A stretch of DNA of 63,163 nt, counting the filler, from Diploschistes diacapsis (taxonomy: Eukaryota): assembly GCA_023645945.1 (NCBI GenBank). It is 23 parts of 23 records of this genome, joined end to end, with 100 filler letters (N's around TTAATTAATTAA, not from the genome) between each part and the next. Parts side by side here need not be neighbours in the genome. Positions count along the whole stretch, not along the records: positions 62,060 to 63,163 come from JALAIB010003940.1; 22 more parts are not named here. The stretch is one strand, 5' to 3'. Positions 61,960 through 63,163 of the stretch are shown piece after piece. The position numbers were made by a program, and so were the translations under genes. The notes beneath the pieces are model-generated. The model searched no databases and had not been told where the DNA came from. It saw only the letters and a list, made by a program, of their open reading frames with translations. Within the stretch, counting starts at the first letter, position 1. Every line of letters starts with the position of its first letter.

Positions 61960-62195
61960 NNNNNNNNNNNNNNNNNNNNNNNNNNNNNNNNNNNNNNNNN
62001 NNNTTAATTAATTAANNNNNNNNNNNNNNNNNNNNNNNNNNNNNNNNNNNNNNNNNNNNGATATCTATTTATCGTACGAGGTTTTAAATAATTCTGAAAA
62101 TGTTTCAGCCAAATCAAATTAATCTTATTAATAATTCATCCGTTTTTATTAAGTCGTACGCGTTATATGTCGAGTAAATCGCCGTTTTAATAATT

Positions 62196-62663
62196 TAGGC
62201 TGGCCGTTTCGTGCCACGGTCACTAACACGGACACCGCAGCAAAAGTTTTCTCGGCACGGACACTAACACGGAGACTATATTGCAGTAAAAGCACGGACA
62301 CGGACACCGTAGTTAAAAATTTTAAAATATTAATATTAACACGGACATTACAATTATAATAAATTTACCGAAACACCGCAATATAATTTTTTTAAAAAAA
62401 GTAAAAGCGTAAAAAATAAACGTGATAATTCTAGAATTATTAAAAAAAAAATTATTTAAAGGTAGACTAGCCGTTTCGTGCCACGGTTATTAACACGGAT
62501 ACCGTCGCAGATATTTCTCGGCACGGACATTAATACGGACACTACATTTCCGTGAATTCACGGACACGGACACCGCAGCTAAAAAATCTAAAACACTGAT
62601 ATTGACACTGTCAGTGTCCGTGTCACGGACACGGCCGTGTGAGTGTCAGTGACGGCCAGCCTA
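62196..62663 (+). mobile_element. Family E: two left ends (62196, 62463) and the only right end in the window (...TGACGGCCAGCCTA)
   Basis: 12-bp TIR TAGGCTGGCCGT / ACGGCCAGCCTA. Segment 62463-62663 forms a 201-bp MITE-sized unit. No TSD found. Confidence 0.78.
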
Positions 62664-62882
62664 TTTATTATTAAGAAAGGAGATAGCATTTATTCTTTGT
62701 AATCACGTACGGAAGCAACGTATAACCGTTCGCGTAAATAATTTAGATAATTAAAATCCATTCTTGATTACCGAGCTGCTTTATACGAGATCTATTTTTG
62801 CGATTTAAAGTAATTCCGACCTTTATATAACTTAATATTCCTATAAGAAAGCCGGTTTCGTCCAAGTTATAGATATTCAAAT

Positions 62883-63163
62883 TAGGCTGGCCGTTTCGTG
62901 CCACGGACACTGACACGGACACCGCAGCAAAAATTTTCTCGGCACGGACACTAACACGGATACCGCAGAAAAAATTCCCCCGGCACGGATACTAACACGG
63001 ACACTATATTATAATAAAAACACGGACACGGATACTATATCTAAAATTTTTAAAACACGGATATAACACGGATAGTATTATACAGTAAAAGTACGAACAC
63101 GGATATTATAATTAAGATTTTTAAAACACGGATAATAATACGGATACTATAATATAATAAAAG
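62883..63163 (+). mobile_element. Family E left end and array (truncated)
   Basis: TAGGCTGGCCGTTTCGTGCCACGG start. Confidence 0.78.

Overview
This is not one chromosomal locus. It is 23 contigs of a filamentous-ascomycete (Pezizomycotina) draft assembly, joined by an artificial 100-nt spacer (N44-TTAATTAATTAA-N44, stops in all six frames), so neighbouring contigs are not biologically linked. Two ~18.9-kb contigs are ordinary gene-dense euchromatin. Contig 12081-30946 carries condensin YCG1 (truncated), cysteine synthase, VPS54, an orphan protein with a cadherin/He_PIG-like segment, a PDK/BCKDK-family kinase, UBP15/USP7 and the last exon of a PMP3-family proteolipid. Contig 43097-61959 carries ESS2/DGCR14 (truncated), POP8, PPT1/PP5, SPT4, an FAD oxidoreductase, KHA1, an unannotated 7-TM GPCR-like protein and mitochondrial LeuRS (truncated). 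Nineteen of the 21 ~1.1-kb contigs are AT-rich, RIP-degraded nested transposon sequence: Ty3/gypsy and Ty1/copia fragments, at least four LTR families, pogo/Fot1 DNA transposons and two repeat-rich TIR element families. The best observations are: two LTR families whose R-U5-PBS folds point to tRNA-independent, Tf1-like self-priming; a TIR element with satellite arrays, an 8:1 end asymmetry and a second element nested in it without a visible TSD; the GPCR-like gene; a CYS3/MetR + Cbf1 + forkhead bidirectional promoter; and orientation-independent C-rich to G-rich skew switches. I cannot claim a wholly new multi-gene system. All exon models, alignments and folds were read by eye.
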